Shown here piece after piece: positions 1 through 9,679 of a DNA stretch of 64,000 nt. The first letter of the stretch is position 1. Every line of letters begins with the position of its first letter. Where the stretch lies: contig JACKFW010000001.1 of the NCBI GenBank assembly GCA_020632265.1, positions 218,981 through 282,980 of the forward strand, read 5' to 3'. The notes under the pieces are model-generated. The model did not search any database. It was not told where the DNA came from and was given only the letters and a program-made list of their open reading frames with translations. Both the position numbers and the translations under genes were made by a program. Source of the stretch: Pseudomonadales bacterium. GTDB taxonomy: Bacteria > Patescibacteriota > Microgenomatia > UBA1400 > PJMF01.

Positions 1-930
1 CTTGAAGAGAATTTTGTGCTAACATTCCTAAAATTACAATATAAGGGCCACTAGTACATGGAAGTAAAATTAAACTAACTATAAACCCAACACAAAAAGC
101 ACCAATAGGTCCTGATACAGATTTAATTAATTTTTTAAGATTTGGTCTCCAAGTCATTGGCACTTCTAATAAAAAACCTTTTCCGTACCAAAAATAATCC
201 TTCAAATTAAATAATCCTAAAAAGAATGCTAACCAACCTATTACTTTATAAAATATGCCGGAAAATCCACCAACTGCCAAAGCCTTATATAATCCTAGTC
301 CCATTAAAAAATAAGAAATAAAAATTGAAGAAGCAAATGCTATTCCTGATTTTAAAGCTTTTTTTCCATCGCCTGTGGCCAATATTGTAGTCATTAAAAT
401 TATTAGAACTGCAAATGCGCAAGGATTAATAGCGTCTACAATACTAGCACCAATTACAACTAATAAAGTTAAGTCAGATTCGAATTTCGGCTCGGACTTT
501 TCTTTAATTTCAATTTCTTCCAGAGCATTTTCATTAATAAAAACCTCATCAGTTCTAGTTAGATTGGACTGTTCCAAGAATCGATCTGACTCTGCAACAA
601 AGTTATCTAAAATTGGTTTGTCACCAATAAAAACCTTGTCACCGATAATTACAGTTGGAACTCCTCTCTCTTGAGTTGGAATTCCTTTTTCATCTAAAAT
701 TTTATTAAAGAAAATTGCGTTATCTTTGTTAAAATATATTTCTTTTTTTTCAATAGGATATTTCTCTAATAAATGTTGCTTCTCAAAAAAATCTTCTACT
801 ACTACACAATGTGGGCAACCTGTACCATAAAAAAAATAAATTTGAGAATTTTCTTGAGCTTTAACATAATTCACTATTCCAAATAAGAAAAAAATAATGA
901 AAAATAAATAAATATGGTGATTTTTATTCA
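1..930 (-). CDS. 3'-partial CDS (start at 930, runs off the window). Secreted thioredoxin-fold domain (GTGCPHC) fused to a CcdA/DsbD-type thiol:disulfide transporter membrane domain.
   Basis: My translation of the minus strand from the ATG at 930 gives MNKNHHIYLFFIIFFLFGIVNYVKAQENSQIYFFYGTGCPHCVVVEDFF..., followed by DAINPCAFAVL and LLPCTSGPY. These are the two conserved Cys of CcdA/DsbD membrane domains. The ORF-track entry at 375..674 (+) is antisense to this gene and is low-complexity. Confidence 0.55.
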
Positions 931-986
931 TAGGTTAAAAATTAATTATATACATAATAATTACAGAAATTAAAAAATCCATATAT

Positions 987-1096
987 ATATTTATAAAAGG
1001 CTCTTTGATAATTTATTCATTAATCTTTCTAATCTATTGGTAATTTTACAATTTGAATTGCTTTTCCATTAACTATGGCATCTGCTAAATTTTTAT
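987..1096. repeat. Copy A of an approximately 110-bp direct repeat. It covers the 3' end of the DUF134 gene plus its 3' flank.
   Basis: tttataaaaggctctttgataatttattcattaatctttctaatc... aligns with 2281-2390. The first 45 nt are nearly identical, and identity is about 80% over the rest. Confidence 0.6.
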
Positions 1097-1316
1097 ACGC
1101 TTTGTCTAGAACCCTAGCAAAAGTTGATTGAGATATTTTCATACTTTTTGCCGCTTGAATATGATCTAAACCATCGCAATCGTGCAGTTTTAGAGCCTCT
1201 AATTCATCATGCTCTAAAATAACTTCTTCTAATAAACTCAATGGAATACCTTGAGGTTTGAAATAATAAACATTTGGTTTAAAACGTAAGCAACGATATT
1301 TTTTTGGTCTAGGCAT
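1029..1316 (-). CDS. DUF134 (UPF0251) family predicted DNA-binding protein.
   Basis: The N-terminus MPRPKKYRCLRFKPNVYYFKPQGIP matches the conserved MPRPxKxRxV...FKPxG start of DUF134 proteins. The C-terminal half is helical and HTH-like. Confidence 0.6.
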   Translation of the reverse strand: MPRPKKYRCLRFKPNVYYFKPQGIPLSLLEEVILEHDELEALKLHDCDGLDHIQAAKSMKISQSTFARVLDKAYKNLADAIVNGKAIQIVKLPID

Positions 1317-1323
1317 TATAGTT

Positions 1324-1339
1324 ATGAGTATATACTCAT
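1324..1339. promoter_or_regulatory. Perfect 16-bp palindrome atgagtatatactcat, 8 nt upstream of the DUF134 start codon. Candidate operator.
   Basis: The sequence is its own reverse complement. It sits in the 5' region of the 1029..1316 gene. Confidence 0.3.
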
Positions 1340-1502
1340 ATGTAAAATTTTTCTATAAAGAAATTAGTTATTTCCAAAAAGATCACAATAAATCTAACTT
1401 AATTCAATAATATCATTGAGCAAGGAGTTGGGGATAAAACAACGCGAAGTTATTCACAATAAACAAAAAAGCATTGACAAATTATTTTTGGTATAAATAT
1501 TA

Positions 1503-2204
1503 TTAATTTAAATCCAATATCTTCTCAACAATTCTTAAAATATTTTTTCTATCTACAAGAGTTATTTTGTGTTTTTTTGCAATTTTAATTATATTTTTTT
1601 CAAATGGTTCAAATAAAAATCCATAATTCACGGCCTTAAGCATTTCAATATCTCCCGAGCTATCACCAAAGCCAATCGAAAATACTTGAGTTTTTGAATT
1701 ATTTGAGATTTTTTTTACAATCTTAGCCTTTTCACCCTCATTCATCAACTGCTTAATCCTACCAGTAAATAGATTATCATTAACAAATAAATTAGATGAA
1801 TATGATTTAACGCCAAATATATTTGCGAAAGCGGAAACCACAGGTTCGATTGAAGCAGAAATAATGAAAATTTCGTAATTTTTCTGTTCAAGCAAAAAAA
1901 ACAATTTCGAAACATAAGAATAGGTACGTTTTTTTGTAAAAAAGTTATGTAACCAACTATCAACTTCAGATACTGATTTTCCAGCTAATACTTTCGCAGA
2001 CATTTCTATGGTTTTTTTAGAAGCTTGATTATGTGAAATCAATCTAAACTTATATCTAAATATTAAAACAAATGTCTCAATTAGTTCTATAAATCTAATT
2101 TTTCTGTTGGGGATTAAATACTCAAATAGAAATGACTCCATCGATGAGCCGTTATAAATAGTTTTATCCAAATCAAAAAAAGCGATTTTTTTCATAAATT
2201 GCAA
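1503..2204 (-). CDS. HAD-superfamily hydrolase, subfamily IB-like (phosphoserine-phosphatase-like fold).
   Basis: Motif I FFDLDKTI (DxDxT). C-terminal motif GFGDSSGDIEML (GDSxxD). Length 233 aa. Confidence 0.65.
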   Translation of the reverse strand: MQFMKKIAFFDLDKTIYNGSSMESFLFEYLIPNRKIRFIELIETFVLIFRYKFRLISHNQASKKTIEMSAKVLAGKSVSEVDSWLHNFFTKKRTYSYVSKLFFLLEQKNYEIFIISASIEPVVSAFANIFGVKSYSSNLFVNDNLFTGRIKQLMNEGEKAKIVKKISNNSKTQVFSIGFGDSSGDIEMLKAVNYGFLFEPFEKNIIKIAKKHKITLVDRKNILRIVEKILDLN

Positions 2205-2280
2205 AAAATATATAAATATCAGTTTTTACATTCATAACCCGATAATTCACTACATTCATAATACTTACAATAACAAAAAA

Positions 2281-2390
2281 ATACAAACATATTTATAAAA
2301 GCTCTTTGATAATTTATTCATTAATCTTTCAAATCTTTTGGTATTCTTATAATTTGAATCACTTTTCCATTAACTATAGCATTAGTTAAA
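2281..2390. repeat. Copy B of the approximately 110-bp direct repeat (see 987-1096).
   Basis: atttataaaagctctttgataatttattcattaatctttcaaatc...ttttccattaactatagcattagttaaattttta. Confidence 0.6.
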
Positions 2391-2395
2391 TTTTT
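2321..2395 (-). pseudogene. Remnant of a second DUF134 gene, C-terminal approximately 25 codons only. It is fused in frame to unrelated sequence in the ORF-track entry 2321..2506.
   Basis: The encoded ...KNLTNAIVNGKVIQIIRIPKDLKD matches the C-terminus ...KNLADAIVNGKAIQIVKLPID of the 1029..1316 protein. Similarity stops abruptly at about 2395. Confidence 0.45.
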
Positions 2396-2448
2396 AAAAG
2401 ACTTAATACTGTAATAAATATCTATTTGATATAAACTATTTTCTAACC

Positions 2449-4716
2449 ATGAAACAAAAAAAATCACTAATTTCTTTTTTAACTGCTCCTTTTTTAGTAG
2501 TTGCAATGATTTTTATTAGTTATATTTCTTTATTTCATAATGATGCAGGAAGCAATATTCAATATCTTCAATCAACTTTTGGAACAAACGCTGTAATTCT
2601 TATCAACGTTCTGTTATTAGTTTTAGTGATTCCTGTTTCTTTAACTTTAATGGAAATTATCACCGGTGAATTTGGCCTCGAGCGTTTCAAACGCATTGCA
2701 GCAATTAGTATTGGTATGACAACTTTGGGTTTTGCTACACTCCAATTTATCGGAGCAATTGCCACCTCATCCGCTGAAGGAGCAACGGTTGTAGTTGAAA
2801 TAGTCCAACAAATAGCTCATTTTTCTACTCAAGGAACTTTGGAACAATATGGTCTGGTGGGAATGCTAACATCAGATGCTTCTGGACCTTGGAATTCTAG
2901 CGTCTTTCCTCTTCTAATTTTAATAGTTTGGTTTATAAAAAGAAAAAAGGTTGGAATTGAGACAAAACAACTGCATATACCTATGATAGTTCAATGGATA
3001 CTTTATGCAGAACAATTTCTGTTTGGTTTGGATTTGCAATACACACTTTTAGAAATTATTCTCATGTTTATTACAGGAAGTATCTTTGTTTGGGGCATGA
3101 TTAGCTTCTTAGTTTCGATGTTTAGAGATGCTGAAAAAGCTGAAAAAAGCGCGGCTCAATTGGTAACTAAGACTGAAATTACTCAAAAAAAACAAAACCT
3201 TTACTCACGTTTTATCAATTTTCTTGCACATACTTCATTTAAAATTTTAACATTTAATCCATTGAATACACACGTAAATTCTGCAGACTCAAAAATAAAA
3301 AATAAAAAAGGAGGTTTTGGAAATATAGGTCGAGGCTATGTAATGGCTAATGCCCTTCAACTTACTATTGCCATGACCATAGCAATGTTTGCCCTGGTTT
3401 CTTCTATGCAGTTATTTGCAGTGCAAATTAGAATGAGTGATGCAGAAGCTGCTCTTTTTGGAACAGCAGGACTAACTAGCGCTCCAGAAGCTTTTGTAGC
3501 TTTTGCGGCTGGACCGTATATCAATGCACTGTTGCTTGTTGGCAGCAATATAATTGATGGCTGGATGTCAGCTATAGGTCAAATAATACTACTGGGTTAT
3601 GCTGAAATCGCAAGTAATGGAGCAATCGCTGCAATTCCACTACACCCAGCAATTAGATTCTTAACTTTTCTCTCATGGACTCAAGGCATGATTGTTTGGG
3701 CAACACTTGCGCTTTATGCTCATAAAATTAATTCAACCAAAAATAAAAAGCTTCTTAATTTTATCGTAATTGGAATGTTAATTTTTTCTATATTTTATTA
3801 TTTTGGAGGAGCATGGTACAGCGCACAAGCACTTGGATATGGTGCACAATATGCACAACAAAGCTATGTTTTCAGAGCTTTAGATAAAATTATTATGTTC
3901 TTAGCCAATCATCCAACCCAACAAATAGCACTCACGTTAAACATCTTTGGACTTGTCGGAATGTTTATTTTCTGGTCAGGTATTTCTACAAAATTATCAA
4001 ATCTTTTTTTTAATTCTGAAAAAGAAATTAATTCAAGCATTTCTGAACTACAATCAAAAATTAGCACCCGACTTAAAAGATTGGATCAACAAGTAATTAT
4101 TGTTTTAGATATAAGTGAAGATATGGATAAAGCTGGCAATTTCTTTAAGAATAAGTGGATTGATTTAGTATTCAGACAAGCCGCTGCACTTGGACTAATA
4201 TTGGACGATGATTCATATGTACCAGTTTATTCAACTCATGGAAAATTTGTTACAAAAATTAATCATCTTTTAACCAACAAAAATGCAGACGAATTTATTG
4301 AAAAATATATTGGTAGAGATACAGAAGGTATTATTGAATACGCTCCAGTCATCAAATCTATTTTCGAAGAATATCAAAACACACTAACTAAAGATCATGA
4401 CCCAATATTAGTACTTTTTATTACAGCTGGTGGTGGCACCGACACTCAAGAAACAATTGATACCTTTATTAAATTTGAAAAAACTCCAGTTTTTGTACAA
4501 TTTCTAGAAATTTTTGGTGAAAAAAGACATACAAACATTTCAAATCTTGAAAAGATCTCTAAACACCCTGGAAAATCGATTGATAATTCTGGATTATCTT
4601 CCCTACCTTTATATAGGATCACTGATGCAGGTCAAATTGTTGAAGAAGTGCTTAATAAATATCCTGAATATTTATCAAATGCATCCAAATTGGGAATAAC
4701 GAAAGAAAATACTTAA
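2449..4716 (+). CDS. Large polytopic membrane protein (755 aa) with a C-terminal cytoplasmic vWA-like domain.
   Basis: Many hydrophobic segments lie between residues 10-520. The C-terminal region QVIIVLDISEDMD ... ILVLFITAGGGTDTQET resembles a vWA fold, with a DxSxD-type MIDAS start and a hydrophobic strand ending in TDG-like residues. No close family recognised. Confidence 0.4.
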   Translation: MKQKKSLISFLTAPFLVVAMIFISYISLFHNDAGSNIQYLQSTFGTNAVILINVLLLVLVIPVSLTLMEIITGEFGLERFKRIAAISIGMTTLGFATLQFIGAIATSSAEGATVVVEIVQQIAHFSTQGTLEQYGLVGMLTSDASGPWNSSVFPLLILIVWFIKRKKVGIETKQLHIPMIVQWILYAEQFLFGLDLQYTLLEIILMFITGSIFVWGMISFLVSMFRDAEKAEKSAAQLVTKTEITQKKQNLYSRFINFLAHTSFKILTFNPLNTHVNSADSKIKNKKGGFGNIGRGYVMANALQLTIAMTIAMFALVSSMQLFAVQIRMSDAEAALFGTAGLTSAPEAFVAFAAGPYINALLLVGSNIIDGWMSAIGQIILLGYAEIASNGAIAAIPLHPAIRFLTFLSWTQGMIVWATLALYAHKINSTKNKKLLNFIVIGMLIFSIFYYFGGAWYSAQALGYGAQYAQQSYVFRALDKIIMFLANHPTQQIALTLNIFGLVGMFIFWSGISTKLSNLFFNSEKEINSSISELQSKISTRLKRLDQQVIIVLDISEDMDKAGNFFKNKWIDLVFRQAAALGLILDDDSYVPVYSTHGKFVTKINHLLTNKNADEFIEKYIGRDTEGIIEYAPVIKSIFEEYQNTLTKDHDPILVLFITAGGGTDTQETIDTFIKFEKTPVFVQFLEIFGEKRHTNISNLEKISKHPGKSIDNSGLSSLPLYRITDAGQIVEEVLNKYPEYLSNASKLGITKENT

Positions 4717-4814
4717 TTTAAAGTTTTCACAACCTTATTAAACATATTTTTACCAAAACTTTATTCCGTACATTTATTTGACATATTTCTCTCATTTATA
4801 TCACTTCATATATA

Positions 4815-4843
4815 TTGATAGGTAGAATTTTACCGTCTATGAT
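4815..4843 (+). promoter_or_regulatory. Sigma70-like promoter. TTGATA, N17, TATGAT, ending 6 nt before the ATG at 4850. Candidate leaderless transcript.
   Basis: ttgata ggtagaattttaccgtc tatgat agatat ATG. There is no Shine-Dalgarno sequence between the -10 hexamer and the start. Confidence 0.3.
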
Positions 4844-4849
4844 AGATAT

Positions 4850-7381
4850 ATGGCCAAAAATAAACAATTATTTGAAAATTATCTGACAATCGGAACAGAT
4901 GATATTTTAAATCAACTTAATTCAAATAAAAATGGTCTAACGAGCTTGAGTGCCCAGGAAAAACTTTTAAAATTTGGCCCAAATCTTTTAAAAATTAATA
5001 AGATTAGCTGGCTTAATATATTCATTAGACAATTCAAATCACCATTTATATATTTATTAATTGGAGCTGCATTACTCGCATTCTTTTTAAAAGAATTTAT
5101 CGATGGAATAATGATTTTTGCTTTTATCTTCATAAACTCAATTCTTGGATTTTTTCAAGAATTTCACTCTGAAAAAGCTTTAAGAGTTCTAAAAAAATAC
5201 ACTACTAAACATGCAAATGTTTTTAGAGATAATAAAGAAACAGTCATCTCAGTAGATCAACTCGTTCCAGGAGATATTGTCAAACTCCATCCTGGAGATA
5301 TTGTTCCTGCAGATTTAAGACTTATAGAAACACATAATTTACAAATCGACGAGTCAATACTCACAGGAGAATCGGAACCTAGTTATAAATCAACAAATGC
5401 TCTTTCTTCAAAATCCATACCGATTCACAAAGCTACTAACATTGCCTTTGCGTCTACTAATATTACGGGTGGCCACGGATTAGGATTAGTCTTTGCCACA
5501 GGTACTCTTTCCTATATTGGATCAATTGCCAAGCTTACTGTTGAAACACATTCAGAGAGTAACTTTGAAAAAGGAATGACTAAATTTAGCACATTTGTAC
5601 TTAAATTAGTTGGAGTGACACTTTCCCTAGTTATCTTAGCAAATCTATTGATCAAAGGTGATTCGTCAAGCCTAGGAGATTTAATTATTTTTGCAATCGC
5701 TCTTGCAACAGCAGTAGTTCCCGAAGCACTTCCGCTAGTGATTACATTTTCTTTATCTCGTGGAGCTGTCAAACTTGCCAAAAATAAAGTAGTAGTCAAG
5801 CGTCTTTCTGCCATTGAAGATTTGGGCAGTATCCAAGTCCTTTGCACAGACAAAACCGGTACAATCACCGAAAATAAATTGGAAGTTTCTGAAATATTTG
5901 GCGACGAAGATGAAGTAGTTTCACAAGCTATCATGGCAATCAGTCAAAAGAACTCTCTCAAAGATCCTTTTGATACTGCTTTTGAAACATTTTATAAAAA
6001 AGTTAGTAACCAAAATAAATCGTGGAGTATTGAACAAGAAATACCTTTTGATCCTGATAGGAAAAGAAATAGCGTACTTATTAAAAAAGATTCGAAAAAC
6101 ATGTTGATTGTGCGTGGTGCGGCCGAATCAATTTTATCTCATTTAAAAAATCATACTGACGAAAAATTAAAACATTGGATTTTAAAACAAGAAAATCAAG
6201 GTAAAAGAGTTATCATTATTGCTCATAAGTTTCTACCAAATCTAAAAGAATACTCTAAAAAAACTGAGGAAGGCGATTTATATTTAACAGGAGCTATTTC
6301 ATTACTTGATCCTCTCAAAAAAAGTGCATCTGAAGCTATTAAAAAAGCTCAAAAACTTGGGGTAGCAATTAAAATAATTACAGGTGATAGCCCAATAGTG
6401 GCTGGTTCAATTGGATTTCAAGTGGGATTAATTACAACTCCAACAGATGTAATAACTGCAGAAGAATTTTATAAATTGTCTGCTCTAGAACAAAAAAGAA
6501 AAGCTGCGTCATTCAATATTTTCGCGCGTTTCTCCCCACATGAAAAATTTCAATTAATCAACTTGCTCAAAGAACAATTCGAAGTTGGATACCTGGGTGA
6601 AGGCATTAATGATGCTCCGGCATTAAAAAGCGCAAATGTAGCCTTAGTTGTCCAAGGTGCAAGTGATATCGCAAGGGAATCAGCAGATATTATTTTATTA
6701 AACAAAAGCTTGAGAGTCATTATTGACGGAATTCAAGAAGGCAGAGAAGTTTTTGCCAATACAACCAAATATGTAAAAATGACCTTAGCATCAAATTTTG
6801 GCAATTTTTACGCAGTTGCTATCGTATCTTTATTGATAGATTACTTGCCAATGCTACCTATTCAAATACTGTTAGTTAATTTACTTTCAGACTTTCCTTT
6901 AATTGCTATTGCCACCGATTCAGTGGATATTGAAGAAATTAGAACTCCCGAATCATATAATTTGAAGGATTTTGCAATTATTGCAACTTTAATTGGAGTA
7001 GTTAGCACAGTTTTTGACTTTATCTATTTTTCAATATTTTACAGAATTTCACCAGAAGCTTTGCAAACAAATTGGTTTATGGGAAGCATATTAACCGAAC
7101 TAGCTTTATTATATTCACTCAGAACTAAATTGCCTTTTTTCAAAACAAAAGCTCCATCAAAAACTATACTTTGGATGACATTGACCGCAGCTCTAATTAC
7201 CGTAACTGTTCCATATACTACTTTTGGTCAAAATCTATTCAAGTTTATTCCTCCTACCATCAACCAAATGACTGTTGTGATCGTCGTAGCCATTTTATAT
7301 TTTATCGCTACCGAAATTACCAAAAACATCTATTACCAAAGTTCTAGAAAAAAAATTATTTCCAATAAAAGTCTGATATAA
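4850..7381 (+). CDS. P-type cation-transporting ATPase, MgtA/Ca-ATPase-like.
   Basis: Motifs LCTDKTGTITENK (phosphorylation site DKTGT), PEALPLVITFSLSRGAVKLAKNKVVVK and [19 protein letters not shown]. Length 843 aa with 10 predicted TM segments. Confidence 0.85.
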   Translation: MAKNKQLFENYLTIGTDDILNQLNSNKNGLTSLSAQEKLLKFGPNLLKINKISWLNIFIRQFKSPFIYLLIGAALLAFFLKEFIDGIMIFAFIFINSILGFFQEFHSEKALRVLKKYTTKHANVFRDNKETVISVDQLVPGDIVKLHPGDIVPADLRLIETHNLQIDESILTGESEPSYKSTNALSSKSIPIHKATNIAFASTNITGGHGLGLVFATGTLSYIGSIAKLTVETHSESNFEKGMTKFSTFVLKLVGVTLSLVILANLLIKGDSSSLGDLIIFAIALATAVVPEALPLVITFSLSRGAVKLAKNKVVVKRLSAIEDLGSIQVLCTDKTGTITENKLEVSEIFGDEDEVVSQAIMAISQKNSLKDPFDTAFETFYKKVSNQNKSWSIEQEIPFDPDRKRNSVLIKKDSKNMLIVRGAAESILSHLKNHTDEKLKHWILKQENQGKRVIIIAHKFLPNLKEYSKKTEEGDLYLTGAISLLDPLKKSASEAIKKAQKLGVAIKIITGDSPIVAGSIGFQVGLITTPTDVITAEEFYKLSALEQKRKAASFNIFARFSPHEKFQLINLLKEQFEVGYLGEGINDAPALKSANVALVVQGASDIARESADIILLNKSLRVIIDGIQEGREVFANTTKYVKMTLASNFGNFYAVAIVSLLIDYLPMLPIQILLVNLLSDFPLIAIATDSVDIEEIRTPESYNLKDFAIIATLIGVVSTVFDFIYFSIFYRISPEALQTNWFMGSILTELALLYSLRTKLPFFKTKAPSKTILWMTLTAALITVTVPYTTFGQNLFKFIPPTINQMTVVIVVAILYFIATEITKNIYYQSSRKKIISNKSLI

Positions 7382-7413
7382 TTATTTAGTATCTATATAT
7401 AAAGGAGATTGGC

Positions 7414-7764
7414 ATGCAAGAAACAGAAAAAGTCAAAACTGGTCTGAGTACAGATTCTAAAAATAAAGCAACTATTGCATATATTTTAGGCTTTATCACT
7501 GGATTAATCATGTTATTAACTAATCCAAAAGATAAGTTTGTTAGATTCCACGCAATTCAATCAATAGGACTATCGGTCATCTCAATGATTTTCAGTCTGC
7601 TTATTTCCCAATTACTATTTCTATGGACCTTAGGATCACTTTTGAATTTTATAGTAATTGTGTTTTTCGTCATCTCAGCTGTTAAAGCTTATCAAGGAGA
7701 AAAATACTTAGTACCACTAGTGGGTGAGCAAATTCAAAAAATAGGCGAATCAATTAAAATTTAA
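7414..7764 (+). CDS. Small membrane protein, DUF4870-like.
   Basis: Two hydrophobic helices flank a VRFHAIQS motif resembling the FHxxQS signature of DUF4870. SD AAGGAGA lies upstream. Confidence 0.4.
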   Translation: MQETEKVKTGLSTDSKNKATIAYILGFITGLIMLLTNPKDKFVRFHAIQSIGLSVISMIFSLLISQLLFLWTLGSLLNFIVIVFFVISAVKAYQGEKYLVPLVGEQIQKIGESIKI

Positions 7765-7866
7765 CAATTTACAATTTTATCTTCGTTTAATCGAACTTTA
7801 ATTAGTGTCATTACGTAGAGTGTTATCTCTTGTTTAAGGAATTTTTTCTGGCATAATCTACTGTCT

Positions 7867-8631
7867 ATGTTACGACCAAGCGACAGACCTCTCATTGCCA
7901 TTACTGGAGCAAATATTATTCTTGATAAAGATGAAAGAGCACCTATTTCAGGAGTTAGAAAAGCATATTTAGATCTTGTTATAAATGCAGGTGGTATTCC
8001 TGTGCTTATCTCAAATACAACTGATCTCGAAGTTTTAGCAGCTATTGTTAAAAAATTTGACGGACTACTACTCACTGGTGGCGGTGATATTCACCCCTCC
8101 AGATACAAGGCCTATCCGAAAAAGGAATCGGGGAAAAATGGCCACACTTTTGATCCAAATCGCGATGTAGCAGAAATGTTTTTGGCTCAAGCCTTCATTA
8201 AAGATGGAAAAGCAGTGCTGGGAATTTGTAGGGGACTACAAATGATTAACGTTGCTTCAGGAGGCACGCTTAAACAACACGTTGAAGGACATTTTAATCC
8301 AAAAGAAAATGATTATTGGTATAATAAAATACATCCAGTTTTATTTCTTAATGATACATATTTGAGAAGACTAGCACAGAATGAAAGCTCAGCGGATATT
8401 ATCAGGGTAAATAGTCAACATCATCAAGCCATCGATAAAGTAGGTAGTGGTCTAAAAATTGCTGGAATTAATCCTGAAGATAATGTAATAGAAGCAATGG
8501 AGGGATTACAAATGCCCGAAAAATTTTTGTTAGGTGTTCAATGGCATCCAGAACTCTTTCCAGAAGACCCAATTACAAAAGCAATTTTAAATTTATTTGT
8601 CAAAAGTGCCACTGACCAAAAGAAGCAATAA
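7867..8631 (+). CDS. Class I glutamine amidotransferase-like hydrolase (peptidase C26, gamma-glutamyl hydrolase PuuD-like).
   Basis: GICRGLQMINVASGG contains the catalytic Cys in the GxCxGxQ context. A His-containing C-terminal motif is VQWHPE. Length 254 aa. Confidence 0.7.
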   Translation: MLRPSDRPLIAITGANIILDKDERAPISGVRKAYLDLVINAGGIPVLISNTTDLEVLAAIVKKFDGLLLTGGGDIHPSRYKAYPKKESGKNGHTFDPNRDVAEMFLAQAFIKDGKAVLGICRGLQMINVASGGTLKQHVEGHFNPKENDYWYNKIHPVLFLNDTYLRRLAQNESSADIIRVNSQHHQAIDKVGSGLKIAGINPEDNVIEAMEGLQMPEKFLLGVQWHPELFPEDPITKAILNLFVKSATDQKKQ

Positions 8632-8648
8632 ACACAAAGTTAGTTGAG

Positions 8649-9338
8649 TTATTGTTCCATCATGCTTTTCACGTCTTCAGGAATTTGAAAGTTTTCATTT
8701 ACTTCTGGAATTCCATTCTCTTCTTGCATCTTAGAAAAACTTTCTTGCATTTGCGTTGCAAAATCGGTAAATACCACATTTGTTGGTGGAACAAACATCT
8801 CATCTCCAAATGAATCTTTTTGACAGTCAACTTTGTAACCTGTCTTTTCGTATTCAGCAATAGCTTCAGGATTATAAAAATCGGGATAATCTCTTGAATA
8901 GTCCTCTACCTGCTCAACGGTTTTAGCCATTTCCTCTTCAGTTGGAAGCGCAGTTTTAATACCTTCTAGTGATCCCTCCTGCCATACATATGTGTAATCT
9001 CCATCATTAATCATATAATTAAACGTTTCATCTTGAAAAAAGGTTGTCTTCATTTTAGAACCCTTCAGATAATATACTAGTTCTGAATTATCTGGATTGG
9101 TAATCAAACAACGCAAAGGTTGGTCTTTGGCAATGGCTTGAGCCATCTCTTGGGCTTCTTGTTGCAATTCTTGAGTCGGAGTTTTTGGAGAAAACTTATT
9201 TAAAGCAAACACTAATAAAAGAATTCCTAAAATTGCAATAATTGCAATATTGGTAGGTTTTTTCATAAAATCCCTTTCAATCATTATTTTCTTGATTCTA
9301 TGCAAAAGATGATCGAAAAGCAATAGAAAATTTTCCAT
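8649..9338 (-). CDS. Hypothetical N-terminally membrane-anchored extracytoplasmic acidic protein. The likely true start is the internal Met at 9266.
   Basis: MKKPTNIAIIAILGILLLVFAL is a signal or anchor, and the remainder is hydrophilic and D/E-rich. No family recognised. Confidence 0.35.
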   Translation of the reverse strand: MENFLLLFDHLLHRIKKIMIERDFMKKPTNIAIIAILGILLLVFALNKFSPKTPTQELQQEAQEMAQAIAKDQPLRCLITNPDNSELVYYLKGSKMKTTFFQDETFNYMINDGDYTYVWQEGSLEGIKTALPTEEEMAKTVEQVEDYSRDYPDFYNPEAIAEYEKTGYKVDCQKDSFGDEMFVPPTNVVFTDFATQMQESFSKMQEENGIPEVNENFQIPEDVKSMMEQ

Positions 9339-9379
9339 TTCACTAAAGTCAAAATAATATCAAAATTTTGATCATCAAC

Positions 9380-9679
9380 TTATTTCTTCTTATCAAGCTT
9401 ATCTAAGCCTAAAATTGTAACGCCATAATATACAACCAAAGCAATTACTAGAAAATCAATTAAAACTCCAAGAAAACTTCCAATCATTATTTCTACTGAA
9501 CCAATCTTAATAATTGCAGTTTCAAGACCGCCCGCTGCACCAAGAACTATTCCCAAAAGCGGATTGATAATGTCACCAACAAGCGAAGCAACAACTTTAG
9601 AAACTGCTCCTCCCAAAATAAAACCAGTGGCCAAACCAACGACGCCTTGCTCTCTAATAAAATTCATGAAACCCTTCAT
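9380..9679 (-). CDS. mscL: Large-conductance mechanosensitive channel MscL.
   Basis: MKGFMNFIREQGVVGLATGFILGGAVSKVVASLVGDIINPLLG matches the MscL N-terminus and TM1 consensus. Length 99 aa with two TM segments. Confidence 0.75.
   Translation of the reverse strand: MKGFMNFIREQGVVGLATGFILGGAVSKVVASLVGDIINPLLGIVLGAAGGLETAIIKIGSVEIMIGSFLGVLIDFLVIALVVYYGVTILGLDKLDKKK

Noticed and set aside
375-674. ORF-track entry of 99 aa on the plus strand.
   Set aside because: It is antisense to the thioredoxin-CcdA gene that spans 1-930 on the minus strand. It has a low-complexity composition and no start or SD context. It is a spurious ORF.
1474-1500. Strong plus-strand promoter-like element, TTGACA then TGgTATAAAT.
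   Set aside because: It points into the antisense strand of the HAD gene, with no plus-strand ORF downstream. The spacer is only 12-14 nt. In DNA of about 30% GC such matches arise by chance. It could conceivably drive an antisense RNA, but there is no further support.
5512-5934. Internal antisense ORFs within long genes (for example 5512..5934, 21031..21423, 1745..1963, 11877..12188, 62738..63058).
   Set aside because: Each lies wholly inside a well-supported gene on the opposite strand or in another frame. None has recognisable motifs. They are typical AT-rich-genome antisense ORFs.
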